A stretch of 64,000 nucleotides of DNA. Origin: a virus. The translations under genes were made by a program, and so were the position numbers. The notes under the pieces were generated by a model, which made no database searches, was not told where the DNA came from, and was given only the letters and a program-made list of their open reading frames with translations. Shown in pieces: positions 9,897 to 20,175 of the stretch; position 1 is the stretch's first letter, and each line of letters starts with the position of its first letter. The stretch covers positions 39,400 to 103,399 of the IMG/VR virus record IMGVR_UViG_3300032770_000011; one strand, given 5' to 3'.

Positions 9897-10252
9897 TCCG
9901 ATAGTCCTCCTACTTAACTGCTTCCCAGCGGTCGCCAACAATCTTCACCTTCGCAACTGGCGCAAGGTGGTGCCACCTAACTGTTCCAAATTCCCCATTA
10001 TCCCAAGTGACAAGTGCGTCGCCGTCATGCAAACATTCGTCAAGTATTCCAGTTCGACCATCTATAAGGTAAATCACATGGTCACCATTCTTGACCTCAT
10101 TCCACGCACCGCTATTGCCGCCAGACTTATTTTCGAATGCAAGCGGGTGCATCTTTCAATTCCACAATCCGAAATGGAACACCCACCACCTGTGCATGCT
10201 TACCCGCGCCCTTGACGACCGAACCGTGCCTCTGCGTCGTTCATACATACTA

Positions 10253-10525
10253 TCACTCCCTGTGCAAATAGTTTGTGTACGTATGTTTGGGTTTAATGTT
10301 GATGGCTTTCAATTTGGCCAAAAGAGAGTGCTGTGACAAGGTCCAATTAATGGCTTGCGCGATCTCAGGAGTCGTAGCACCTTTATGGGCCATATGCCGA
10401 TCAATGCGTTTTTCCTCACTTGTGAGGTCTCTACGTAGGTACGTGCGTGCTGTTGGCTGCTCCTCATGCCCAGCAATTGCTCGGTACAACCGGGTCCGTT
10501 TCTGCATGACATGGTGAGCAACCAT
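10253..10525 (-). CDS. Small HTH-like protein
   Basis: KGATTPEIAQAIN. Confidence 0.4.
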   Translation of the reverse strand: MVAHHVMQKRTRLYRAIAGHEEQPTARTYLRRDLTSEEKRIDRHMAHKGATTPEIAQAINWTLSQHSLLAKLKAINIKPKHTYTNYLHRE

Positions 10526-10771
10526 TCATTCCGCCTCCCGCTTCACGCCGTGCATATCGATATCTACTTCCTCACACATCTCAAGAACCTCACGCATAGC
10601 CGCAATATATGCTACCTTAGCGGCATACTTCTCGGCAACCGTTGCGGTATCCTCTGGGATTGTGCAAGCTGACCCATTTGCGAGTTGTTCTGTATAAGCC
10701 TGGATCCGTTCCGAGACAACGACATAGACACGCCTATGGAACGGATCCATCAATTCGGGAGCGATGGGCAT
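10526..10771 (-). CDS. Hypothetical protein
   Basis: EQLANG..EKYAAKVAYI; operon position. Confidence 0.6.
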   Translation of the reverse strand: MPIAPELMDPFHRRVYVVVSERIQAYTEQLANGSACTIPEDTATVAEKYAAKVAYIAAMREVLEMCEEVDIDMHGVKREAE

Positions 10772-11199
10772 TCAAAGCTCCGAATGTACTGCCAATAGAA
10801 TACACAAGAGCACCCTGTGTGGTCTACTGTCCAACGCCAATGCTTTCTTCGGTAACGCCCTCGCCACAGCAGCCATAAAGGTGTCTGTTCCCACGCACCA
10901 AGGTGATGGTCTGGAAAGTCTATCTTCATACGCTGAAGACATACTACGGCTCAGACTCGCATCAACAAAGGCTCAGGCACGAGCATAAGTGCCTTGTCTC
11001 TTTCACTCGGATGAAACGTCACCCACATCAGGTTCGTATTGTTACAGGCATCACAGTACCACGGCACCCCAAGGTCACTCAGTTCTTGCCGAGATAGTTC
11101 CTTCGACCGCCAACCACAGCGGCACCACATAATGGTGAGATCCTCTGGCGAGGCGGTATGCGGACTATGGCCGTAGTACATAGCAAGACATACTCCCGC

Positions 11200-11979
11200 T
11201 CAGACTTCCTGCGGACGTCCGGCGTTGTGACCCTTCTTGCCGATCTTCTCCAAGCGCCCTTCGCCCGTAACTGCACCCGCCGTCATGTGATGCTTCTGAG
11301 AAGGCAGCCGCCCACCAGCAGCACGATGCTTCAAGGCAGAGGACTTCACCATACCCTTAATCATGGCACGGTCCTCAGCTTCGTCGGGGTGAGACACCTT
11401 ACCGCCCCGTTTGCGCGGCGGCATAGCGCCAGGAGGAATAGCCCCCGGAGGCGGCATTATCGGTGGGCGCATACCCATCGGACCGCCCGGAGGCATTGCA
11501 CCGGGAGGCATAGCCGGAGGAGCTCCTGGAGGCATTGCAGGGGGGCCGCCCGCAAGTACTGGGTTCGGTCCAGCCGGAGGCGTATTGCCAGAGGACTGCG
11601 GCGCGACGATAACGTTCACATGTGTTGCGCCTTTGCCTTTCATACGACCACCCCGCGCTCTGGAGGCGAGGGCTTGGTCTTTATTCGCAGTCTCGATTGG
11701 GGAGACGTCGCCACCCGTATCGCGGTGCTTCACTCTACCACCTTTGCGATAGGTAGAGACCGGATTGGCAGCTTTGGTCTTGCGGGCCGGGCGGTCACCC
11801 CGTGCTCTCGGAGCAGAACTGTCTACGCCAAAGCCGACAGCGTCTTCGTCGCCTTCGTGCTTTGACGCATTCACAGGTGCGTCCTTGTACATTTTCGGAT
11901 TCGCTGCACCGTAGTGCTCCGTCATTCTACGGAACTTGGCGGTGCTGGAATCCGCTGCTTCCTTCTTCATCGGGTGCAT
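11200..11979 (-). CDS. Pro/Gly/Lys-rich low-complexity protein
   Basis: RKGG/RARGG/RKRGG motifs, PPGAM repeats, HHMTAGA..GRLEKI tail. Confidence 0.65.
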   Translation of the reverse strand: MHPMKKEAADSSTAKFRRMTEHYGAANPKMYKDAPVNASKHEGDEDAVGFGVDSSAPRARGDRPARKTKAANPVSTYRKGGRVKHRDTGGDVSPIETANKDQALASRARGGRMKGKGATHVNVIVAPQSSGNTPPAGPNPVLAGGPPAMPPGAPPAMPPGAMPPGGPMGMRPPIMPPPGAIPPGAMPPRKRGGKVSHPDEAEDRAMIKGMVKSSALKHRAAGGRLPSQKHHMTAGAVTGEGRLEKIGKKGHNAGRPQEV

Positions 11980-12297
11980 TTGAGTTATCTTTCTTTTGTG
12001 TGGGGGAAGGGCAACTGCGTTTGAGCCTGTAACTGAAAGCGGTCGGTTTCTATCTTTAACCAAAAAGCCTGCCGCAAAGCCTTTATGGCGTGCACCAGTT
12101 TCTCCGCATCAACTTGACCGTCTGCCGTCAAGGGAATAGAGCACCCGAGTTCATAGGGCTCGTGTTTGCCATAGATGAAGAGTTCGGCAGGATACCAGTC
12201 ATCTGGCATCTGCCTGTATTCTTGCGCAAACAGTTCAGGCCATTGTTCAGAAGGCCAAGAAGCCTGTGCGTACTCGCCAGAAGCTTTGCTCATGGTG

Positions 12298-12558
12298 TCA
12301 ACCCATGTCCTCGTCGCCACCCCCACCACCAGCTTGTGGCAGAGGACCCGTAGGCCCTAAGTCCGGTCCTACGGCAGGCACCGCCGCGCCGTCACCCCCG
12401 CCCAGAGCAGGATGCGAAGGGGCAAGTGCGATTTTCTGCAATCGTCCAGGACCAGACCCCGCACCGGCTGTCATGTGGTGGTGTTTGTGTTTGCCGCCGG
12501 AGAGGGTCTCCAGTTTGTCCTTCGAAGATTCCATTGCGTCGTGTTTGTGTGGATGCAC
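12298..12558 (-). CDS. Short paralog of 11200..11979
   Basis: Shares MHP.K start and HHMTAGAGSGPGRLQKI. Confidence 0.55.
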   Translation of the reverse strand: MHPHKHDAMESSKDKLETLSGGKHKHHHMTAGAGSGPGRLQKIALAPSHPALGGGDGAAVPAVGPDLGPTGPLPQAGGGGGDEDMG

Positions 12559-12775
12559 GGGAGGGGTTATCCTTCTAGAGGGGGTGAATCTTTTCCTGCG
12601 AGCAAGGCCATTGTGCAGGGCCCATCAACCTTACTGTCTAATTCTTCAAATAAACGACGGTAGTCAATGTAAATTGATGGTCGTCCATAACGGATATATT
12701 GAGGCTGCTCAGGCTTCTGCTTCTCGATTGCCTCGGCAAGCCTCTCAATGGCCTTTGCCAGCTTTTCGATATCGG

Positions 12776-12979
12776 TCATGCTGCTTCTCCAGGTGGACGC
12801 TTGTCGTGATGATTCGGTAAGGCTGCAACCAAGTGTTTGCGGCAGAACTTCTCGCCGGGCACTACAGGCAGGCAACAGAAGTCTACCAGCTTGGTCTTAT
12901 GCACAAACGAATTGGCGTGCTGGCATAAATGGCACGTGCTGAGCCAATAGAGAATAGACCTAGTGGGTTCCGGTCCCAC
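12776..12979 (-). CDS. Small Cys-rich protein resembling the GcrA C-terminal domain
   Basis: FCCLPVVPGEKFCRKH versus FCSGEKIPGSSYCAFH in 9000..9479. Confidence 0.4.
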   Translation of the reverse strand: MGPEPTRSILYWLSTCHLCQHANSFVHKTKLVDFCCLPVVPGEKFCRKHLVAALPNHHDKRPPGEAA

Positions 12980-13643
12980 AGTTATTGCTCTTCAATTCCA
13001 ATGCTTCTTCTTGTGCTCTTGAAGCCGTCCGAAGTCCTTCTCGTGCATCAGGACCAATGTCTCACTCAACTCCGGAGCCTTCTGAATTGGTCCGGCAAAG
13101 ATGATAGCGCCTTGATGCACTACGACGCAGGTGCCTTCGCAAATACCATCACAGATAGAGACGTCGAAGAGGTTGGTCAAGAGAGTGATCCTCTCTGCCT
13201 TTCGATTTCATCCTCCAGCGAAGAGCCTTCCTGAATACGGGCCTGTAGAAGCATACCTTCTCGGAACTCTTTCGCCAACTCTACCGTCAAGGCTTCATAA
13301 AGCGCCGGGGGATTGGAGAGGTAATTGGAGAGCAGCATTTGCGCTACTGTGGCCTGCCGCGCCGTAGCAATAGAAGCTAACGCTTCGATACTCTTTTCGA
13401 GGTCATCGTCATCGGCCATCTCAAGACTGCTTCACAGCTACGGCATGAACATCGGCAAATTGAGCGGCGCAATCATCACAGAAGTATTTGCGAATCGAAT
13501 TGCCAGAACACATCAACTGTCCGTCTACCATTTCAGTCTCAGCAAGTTCCACATAGAAGGCTGCTGGGTTCTTACACTCCAAGGCGCAGCACATCGGCCT
13601 GCTGAGACGGATTGCCGGGAATTGGATTACGGTGCCCACTCAG

Positions 13644-14090
13644 CTACTTTGCTCCGTCAGGTAAAGCTGGCAGCCCATGCAACAAAAGGGCCGAGGCAAT
13701 CTCATCGTGGTCTAGCTTTGTACTAGCGGTGTCTAAAGTACTCTTCATATTGCCAGCCCAAGTCAGGTAAGCCTGAGAGAAGACCTTGTTCTCGACGGTC
13801 TCCTTTGCCCACTTGCAAAGGACTTCCAATCGCTCACGCGCCTTCTTGATGTCAGCGCGAGTCAGGTCCTGAGGCTTCTTGCCCAACCAGTTGCGCAGCT
13901 GCAACTCGACGGCCCATTCGGCAACTCTGTAAGTATAATCGTCACCCTGACCTGAGACGGAATAAACCACGCCACTTGTGGTAGCATAGCAAGGAATTAC
14001 ACCCCTTCCATCACAACCAGATACGTATTGGGCGTGGGCACTCGGCATAAAGGCAAGCACAAACGCCGCTAACAAAAATTTCTTCATCAT
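13644..14090 (-). CDS. Hypothetical exported protein
   Basis: Signal peptide MMKKFLLAAFVLAFMPSAHA. Confidence 0.6.
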   Translation of the reverse strand: MMKKFLLAAFVLAFMPSAHAQYVSGCDGRGVIPCYATTSGVVYSVSGQGDDYTYRVAEWAVELQLRNWLGKKPQDLTRADIKKARERLEVLCKWAKETVENKVFSQAYLTWAGNMKSTLDTASTKLDHDEIASALLLHGLPALPDGAK

Positions 14091-14443
14091 TGGGAGGGTT
14101 TCCCATCATTCAGAATTGCGCGGACTGCTTCGTTAGCATTTACAGAATTCCGAGCATTGGCATCAAGCTCTGCGGTCAGGCTTGTGAGTGCATCCTTCAA
14201 TGTCTCACCACGCCCAAAAACATCTGCTCCGTTTGGTAATTTAATGCTAATGTAAACGCCACCGTCTGCCCATACATAGACAGCAACATCAGTTCTGTTA
14301 CCGTGTGAGATAGGCCGCAACGCCTTCACGATCGTACGTACATCGTCAAGGCTGATCGGCGGTGCATCCTTCGTAAACCAGCCCGCGCCTGCAGGTACTG
14401 ACAAGCAAAGGCAAGCGCAGGCTACCAGCAAAAGCTTCTTCAT
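14087..14443 (-). CDS. Hypothetical exported protein
   Basis: GGAGAG then MKKLLLVACACLCLSVPAGA. Confidence 0.6.
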   Translation of the reverse strand: MKKLLLVACACLCLSVPAGAGWFTKDAPPISLDDVRTIVKALRPISHGNRTDVAVYVWADGGVYISIKLPNGADVFGRGETLKDALTSLTAELDANARNSVNANEAVRAILNDGKPSQ

Positions 14444-14495
14444 CGGTCTCTCCAGATGAGGACTATTCCTCACCCTTAAACATACTCTTGCTGAA

Positions 14496-16967
14496 TTACT
14501 GTTCATTCCTTTGCGGAGCAACGCCTTGCTGTGACTTCTGCCGCGCTAGAGCCATCTGCAAGTCCCTGTCGGCAGCGGATTGCCGCGCTTCATGAATATG
14601 CGAGAGTCCCTGATTGAAGGTGCTGTGCTGCAGCTTCGTCACATTCGAGTGATGTCCGGCGATGTGCCCTAATGCAGCCTTGTTCAGGTCGTGGGCTCTG
14701 TCCGCCCCAGCCATTGCCGCTTCATGCTGACGGTCTGCCTGATTGTTGGCGTGCGTCATAGCCAACTCACGTTCGGCCATCTGTCTATCCGAATTATGGA
14801 TGACCAGTTCACGAGCCACACCGAGAGAGGCAATCTTCTCCTTGGACTGCAACTCCTGCATCTTCGTGGTGCCATCCTGCAATGCAGTCTGCGCCTTGAC
14901 CGCCGCTTCCTTCTGCTTCGTCTGGCTGTCCATCAATCGCGCCTGAGCAGCCAGGAGCGTTGCCTGTGCAGCAATCGATTCCGGATTCGGTTGTTCAGTG
15001 CCCGGAGGCGGTTGCGGTACGAAGAAGCTTTCAGCGTCGTCCCAGCCCATGACCTGGAAGGCACGCTTGTCGATTGCATTCTTGTCGATACTCGGGTTCG
15101 TCATCGCCATCTGTCTTGCCGCAACAACCTTCAGGTAGCGTTCGGTCTGGCTAGACGTATTTGGGTCGGCAGCGGGCACTAATTCGCAATCTGCTAGGGC
15201 CGAGAGGAATAACTTGCGATGTCTCTCCTCAGCTTGTTCCTGCGCATCCATCACGGGTTGCAGTCCGGCTTGTTGATTCAACAACGCGAGCACCTTGGAC
15301 TTCTTGTTGTGACGCCAAAGTGCCTCGGGGTCTTCCATCAGCAGCGACTTCAGCATGTCGAATTCCTGGCCTTGCGCCTGGTGCAGTCTCTTATGCACTG
15401 CGGACATCAACTTCGTGGCCTGCTCGATCATGGCCAGTACAGTGCCGACTGGCGCGTCCTGCTTACCTTCACCCACCTGCAACTCGGCAGTACCACCAAC
15501 GCGCTGCGCTGTGGTCGCAATGTTCTCGATCAACTGGATGAAGACGGCTGAAGGATCCTTGTAAGGCAGCGGCATAACAGCCGAGCGAATATCCTGCCCG
15601 ATTGTGTCGATCGCCCGACCGCCACCGGGTGGAATACGGAATTGATTGGTGAGTTGCTTGCCCAGGTTCTTCAGATAGAGGAAGCCGGGGAAGTTGCTGA
15701 ACATACCGGCGTCAAGCATTAGCCGCCAAGCTGCCGTCACAGCCTTCGTAGCATTGCCGAGGACATTCAGCAGACCGATGCCATAGAAGCCGAAGCCAGG
15801 AATGAAGACGTAGGCGATAATGCGGTTCCGTGGCATGCAGAAAATATCGTCTTCTTCCCAGTTGCGGCGGATCTCCAGAACAGTGCGGGATTCTTTGTCA
15901 ATGACTACCTTGTAAGGCAGTGGCAGACCTGTGTCCTTCAAGGCACCACTGTCGTCATCCTTGAACTGGTGCTCAAAGCCGGGAATATCCAGTTCGCAGT
16001 AGCACTCATAGAGCTCCCTATCCTGATCGTCCTGCTCGATATATGTGGGCGGGGCAATACCCTGAACCTGACCTATTTTGGCGTCAACAGGATTCGGTAT
16101 CTCCGGCGTTCCAGGCGAAGAGAGATGGACGTCTCTATATGCACCGACCAGTTGCATACGCTTCAGAACGGATGGTCGCATGCGGATACAATGCGTAACG
16201 CGGCCAGACCCTTCAAGGTCGGTAGCCGCGTTGGAGACGATGAGATCCTTTGCCGGAATGGATTCGATGACTGGACGGCGCTTGATTGGGTGGTGATAAC
16301 CCTTCTTGAAGGCAATGCCACTGAAGCCTAACATGAGCAACATTCTATCGGTGTCTGGATAGTACTCCTTCGCCACCTTCGTCAGGTAGTGATTCATGTC
16401 CTTCTGAAGGGCATCGGCTAATTGGGCAGCGAGAGCATTGCCTTCGCCGTCGTTGCGGACCTTCACGGGCCCATCTGTCGGAAGGAGCTCGCCTCTCGCG
16501 TTGGCCTGGAAGCGTAGGACTGCCTCAAGGAGAAGGGGATGATCAACCGTGGAAACGCCTTCTGCGGGCGTTGCGCCAGCTACCGAAGCACCACGTGGGG
16601 TCTTGACCTCAAGGCCGAGCAGCGAGATGCCATTCGACATGTTCTCCAGCCAGGCAGACCGGGATTGTTCATCCTGGGCAATACCGAGCAGAAGCTTCTC
16701 GGAAATTGCTGTGAGTTCTGCGTCGGATAGCTGCTCGGCAAGGTTATCACCAAAGTCCTGCGAGGTCTTCTTCTCTGGCTTCGGTGGACCGAAACTGACC
16801 TGAACAACGCCATCCTCCAACTCTACCTGTGTCGTACCCGTTCCGGGGTCGAAGGTTGGATTGCTACCGTCGCCGTCTGTGGTGACGATGACGTCTGGGC
16901 TCTGGAAAGCCGCAGGCGCTGGCTGGCGATAGGTTTGTTCAATGTCGAGGGGATAGACGTTTGACAT
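14496..16967 (-). CDS. Portal protein
   Basis: 823 aa; HPLLLEAVLRFQANARGELLP, GFYGIGL, MPLPYKDPS, APVGT..MSAVHKRLH; between terminase and head genes. Confidence 0.85.
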   Translation of the reverse strand: MSNVYPLDIEQTYRQPAPAAFQSPDVIVTTDGDGSNPTFDPGTGTTQVELEDGVVQVSFGPPKPEKKTSQDFGDNLAEQLSDAELTAISEKLLLGIAQDEQSRSAWLENMSNGISLLGLEVKTPRGASVAGATPAEGVSTVDHPLLLEAVLRFQANARGELLPTDGPVKVRNDGEGNALAAQLADALQKDMNHYLTKVAKEYYPDTDRMLLMLGFSGIAFKKGYHHPIKRRPVIESIPAKDLIVSNAATDLEGSGRVTHCIRMRPSVLKRMQLVGAYRDVHLSSPGTPEIPNPVDAKIGQVQGIAPPTYIEQDDQDRELYECYCELDIPGFEHQFKDDDSGALKDTGLPLPYKVVIDKESRTVLEIRRNWEEDDIFCMPRNRIIAYVFIPGFGFYGIGLLNVLGNATKAVTAAWRLMLDAGMFSNFPGFLYLKNLGKQLTNQFRIPPGGGRAIDTIGQDIRSAVMPLPYKDPSAVFIQLIENIATTAQRVGGTAELQVGEGKQDAPVGTVLAMIEQATKLMSAVHKRLHQAQGQEFDMLKSLLMEDPEALWRHNKKSKVLALLNQQAGLQPVMDAQEQAEERHRKLFLSALADCELVPAADPNTSSQTERYLKVVAARQMAMTNPSIDKNAIDKRAFQVMGWDDAESFFVPQPPPGTEQPNPESIAAQATLLAAQARLMDSQTKQKEAAVKAQTALQDGTTKMQELQSKEKIASLGVARELVIHNSDRQMAERELAMTHANNQADRQHEAAMAGADRAHDLNKAALGHIAGHHSNVTKLQHSTFNQGLSHIHEARQSAADRDLQMALARQKSQQGVAPQRNEQ

Positions 16968-16970
16968 TGG

Positions 16971-17438
16971 TTATCCGAATGCAATCTTCTGCCATGAAGG
17001 CGTTAAATCAGATCTGTACTTCCAAGCCACTTGAACATGCCAGACGTAAGGTGGACCTACATAGATAAAAGTTGCAGAAGGAAGACGCTCCTCATCAATC
17101 GCTTTCCAGTAAGCAGTAAATGAATCTTCGACCCGATGATCATCAACTGCCATAGGTTGTTTGTGGTAGACTTCGTTGGGCATCCAGTAAGAACCAGCCT
17201 GGTTTGTTGCCTTTGTTTCCCATTCGTTCAGATGAGGGTCATTCCAAGAGATTAAACCAGGATGAAGTCGTGATTGCACCGGATCGTAGCCGAAAACAAA
17301 ACGAAACCCGCTCAAAGTTGTGAAGCGGGTTATCTTATCCGGAAAGGGAATATCAGAGGCTGCAGCAACGGTAATAGTTCCTCCCGTAGCAAGAGTACTG
17401 GTTGCACCCAATAGAAGGTTTCTGCGAGATACGTTCAT
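16971..17438 (-). CDS. Hypothetical protein with Tat-like signal
   Basis: MNVSRRNLLLGA. Confidence 0.55.
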   Translation of the reverse strand: MNVSRRNLLLGATSTLATGGTITVAAASDIPFPDKITRFTTLSGFRFVFGYDPVQSRLHPGLISWNDPHLNEWETKATNQAGSYWMPNEVYHKQPMAVDDHRVEDSFTAYWKAIDEERLPSATFIYVGPPYVWHVQVAWKYRSDLTPSWQKIAFG

Positions 17439-17798
17439 TTGGATACTCCTACTTTGCTATTCAAATGCGTCAAGCCCAAGCCCACATATGCTGCTGAGAG
17501 AATGTTGGCAAGTTGCTGTGCCGTCAGTGGCGGCAACTGATACAGCAGCACGTAGATAGAGACGTTCGTATTAAGGAACTTGGAGAACCTGATCTTCATT
17601 GTGCCACGTTATGCTGGGAGCAGCAGCATGTTGCCAACAAACTGGCCTGCCTTCTCGGCATTGATTCGCAGGACGAAGACAGCGGCGCGGGTGCTTATTC
17701 CAGTCTTGCCAACCACCAACTTCAGGCTTGGCTTCAGCTTCACAACGCTGATCTAAAGGAACTCGCCACCGTGGGCGATCAAGAAAGGAAGTCAATCA

Positions 17799-18008
17799 TC
17801 ATCCCTTCGAAAACGAATGCGCATTCCGAATATGCGCATGGAAATACTTACCGTGACTCTCTGCATTCATCAACTCGTCAGCCTTTGCCGGACTGACATC
17901 GTGGTAGGTATAAACAGACCCACCCTTGAACTCGATCTCCAGTGTCTGGGTCTCCTTGTCGTACCCTATGCTGGAAATGTTGGAAGACGTAACAGATTTG
18001 CGGTCCAT
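17799..18008 (-). CDS. KTSC domain protein
   Basis: VTSSNISSIGYD..LEIEFKGGSVYTY..V..LMNAESHGKYF..IR. Confidence 0.85.
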   Translation of the reverse strand: MDRKSVTSSNISSIGYDKETQTLEIEFKGGSVYTYHDVSPAKADELMNAESHGKYFHAHIRNAHSFSKG

Positions 18009-18351
18009 GGCAGGCACTCTCGATTTCAGGTAATCCTCAAAGAGGTCTAGCTGTTTGGGCTTGCTTCGTGAAGAAGCTACCGCCGAGGATTTTCGCAAGA
18101 CCTTCCCCCAAGGTATTCGTGAATATACTACGCAAATAGGTTTAAGACAAGGGCGGGTTCACATCGGCATTACTGGTAGTGGCTTTTCTAGCAGCGGCGG
18201 CTTGCGACAGATGGGACAATCACCATCTTTCACGGACCCTGTTCTGTGAAAACCACCACCATCGGTCCTGTCCTTTTCCTGCCAGCCGTAGACCCACTTG
18301 ATCGTCTCGTCATAAAGGGCATCGCAGCGGTAGCACTTTGTCATGCCGTAC

Positions 18352-19820
18352 TTACTCCTTCAGGGCAAAGGTAATCATTTCTTTCCAGCCCTCAGTAATG
18401 TCCTCTTTGCTGGCGCAAGCAAACGCCGTGCTCTCGAACGCTGCCGTAACCATACCAGGAGAGGGCTCTTTCATAGCCTGCAGAACCCTTGTCACGATGG
18501 ATTGACAAGATGCGCACTGTTTTGCAGCTACAACATGACTATCCGTATCACGCCAGACACAGGCAAACGGTGCACCCTTTTGGCAGACAGCTAGAGCCAT
18601 TCTATGGCGCATAGTCATCGTCATTTGAAGTAGTCCTGCCCGTCCTCACGATGCTTGCGGTTGCGATGAATCAGCATGATTGAAGGACCGCCCTTGAGAG
18701 CAGGCAGTGCATGACGCCGCTTACGTGCCTTTGCCTTCTGACGCTCAAGAGCACGACGTACCTGTCGGCTTTCAGTCATTGCTTCTCCTTCTGACGCGGC
18801 TTCACTGTCTCGCGGTCCAGAATCTCACGAAGGACTGCCATGCCGGTCTCAGTAGATTTGGAGACGAGGGGGCGGAAACGGCTTGCCAACCAATCCCCAA
18901 AGCCGGGAATTACCGGAGGGTTAGGATCCTCTTCAACACAAACTGCGGTTTCGCCATCTCTGAGTTCGCCAATGAAGCTGATAGTATAGATATTGCCTTT
19001 GACGAGGTAACACTGGGAGGCTCCTTGTCGTCTGGATACATCTACACATACCACCTTCTGTCCCACATGGAAATTCGTCATGGCCATCCCTCAACATTGC
19101 TCAACAGTATCATGATCACCACAACAATAAATACCCCCACAATCCAGAAGGGCACCTTCTCATGATAACTATCGTCGTCCCAGTTCCGCATTTCTTGCCT
19201 TATTTAGAGACAGGGTAATTGCATTTGCCGAATTACTGCTTTGCCGGATTAAGTCTGAACTCCTTCACGATTATTTTCGAAAGATACAACTCGACATACT
19301 GTGGAACTCTACGTTCTTTTTGCCCATCCAATACAAGTTGAAGTGCTTTTGCCGCTTCACGGTTTGTTACTGGCTCCGAGTATGTCACATCGATGTAAAG
19401 CCTGTGTTTGCGACGGATCATTTTGGCTCTCTACGGTCTATTGCTTCCATGATTGCCCGCCATTGATTTGCATGGCGCAAGTCTCTCGTCTTTTCCCAGC
19501 GGCGATAGGCGTAATCACGCAACCGTCTGAACCTTGATGTATCGGAAATACGCCCACGCAAGGTATCCTTGATCCAACCTTCTCTTGCAGGACCAAATGT
19601 CATGTAACGAACACACATTTCCCTACTCGTCCTGCACACCCTGCAAAGGGTCATTGACGACATAGTCACCACGCACGGCTGACTTGCCGAATACCGAAAT
19701 GACACGGGGAATTGCCGCTGCCTTAACCTCCGCTTCTTCTGGGGTGTCTGCTTCTACCTGCACCCAGACTTCCTCTGCGCGTTGAACTCTCACTCGCCAG
19801 GTTTTCAGTTTTGTGGACAT
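18352..19820 (-). other. Cluster of small hypothetical genes (18352..18624, 18776..19087, 19233..19421, 19623..19820 and others)
   Basis: Tightly packed minus-strand ORFs. Confidence 0.5.
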
Positions 19821-19827
19821 TTAGGTT

Positions 19828-20175
19828 TCAGTCTGCCGCCCGCCGCCACCCTTCCGGAACATGCTCACGCGCCGTGATAACCTTGTAAGTACCGGGCTTG
19901 AATCCAAGCGGCTCATGGGTATCAAACTCACGTAGATGATTCAGCACGTCTGGCTTTTCCACGACGAGCAGGCAATCCAAGATTGAATCCGGCAGCTTAT
20001 ACATCATGGTGCGTTCGGCTTCCATGACGTGGTGGTGGCCGGTTTCGGAATGCCCCACGATGACTTTGCCGTTCACGGGGGCAACCTTCTCGGCATTTGC
20101 CGGGACCTTAAAGTCATTGGGCAGCCTCACAAAGCGAAGTTCACCTTGCGCTGCAACAGTCTTAAACGTCTTCAT
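19828..20175 (-). CDS. Hypothetical protein coupled to the DUF6745-like gene
   Basis: QGELRF..GHSETGHHH..HLREFDTHE..GTY; 4-nt overlap with 20172..21461. Confidence 0.7.
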   Translation of the reverse strand: MKTFKTVAAQGELRFVRLPNDFKVPANAEKVAPVNGKVIVGHSETGHHHVMEAERTMMYKLPDSILDCLLVVEKPDVLNHLREFDTHEPLGFKPGTYKVITAREHVPEGWRRAAD

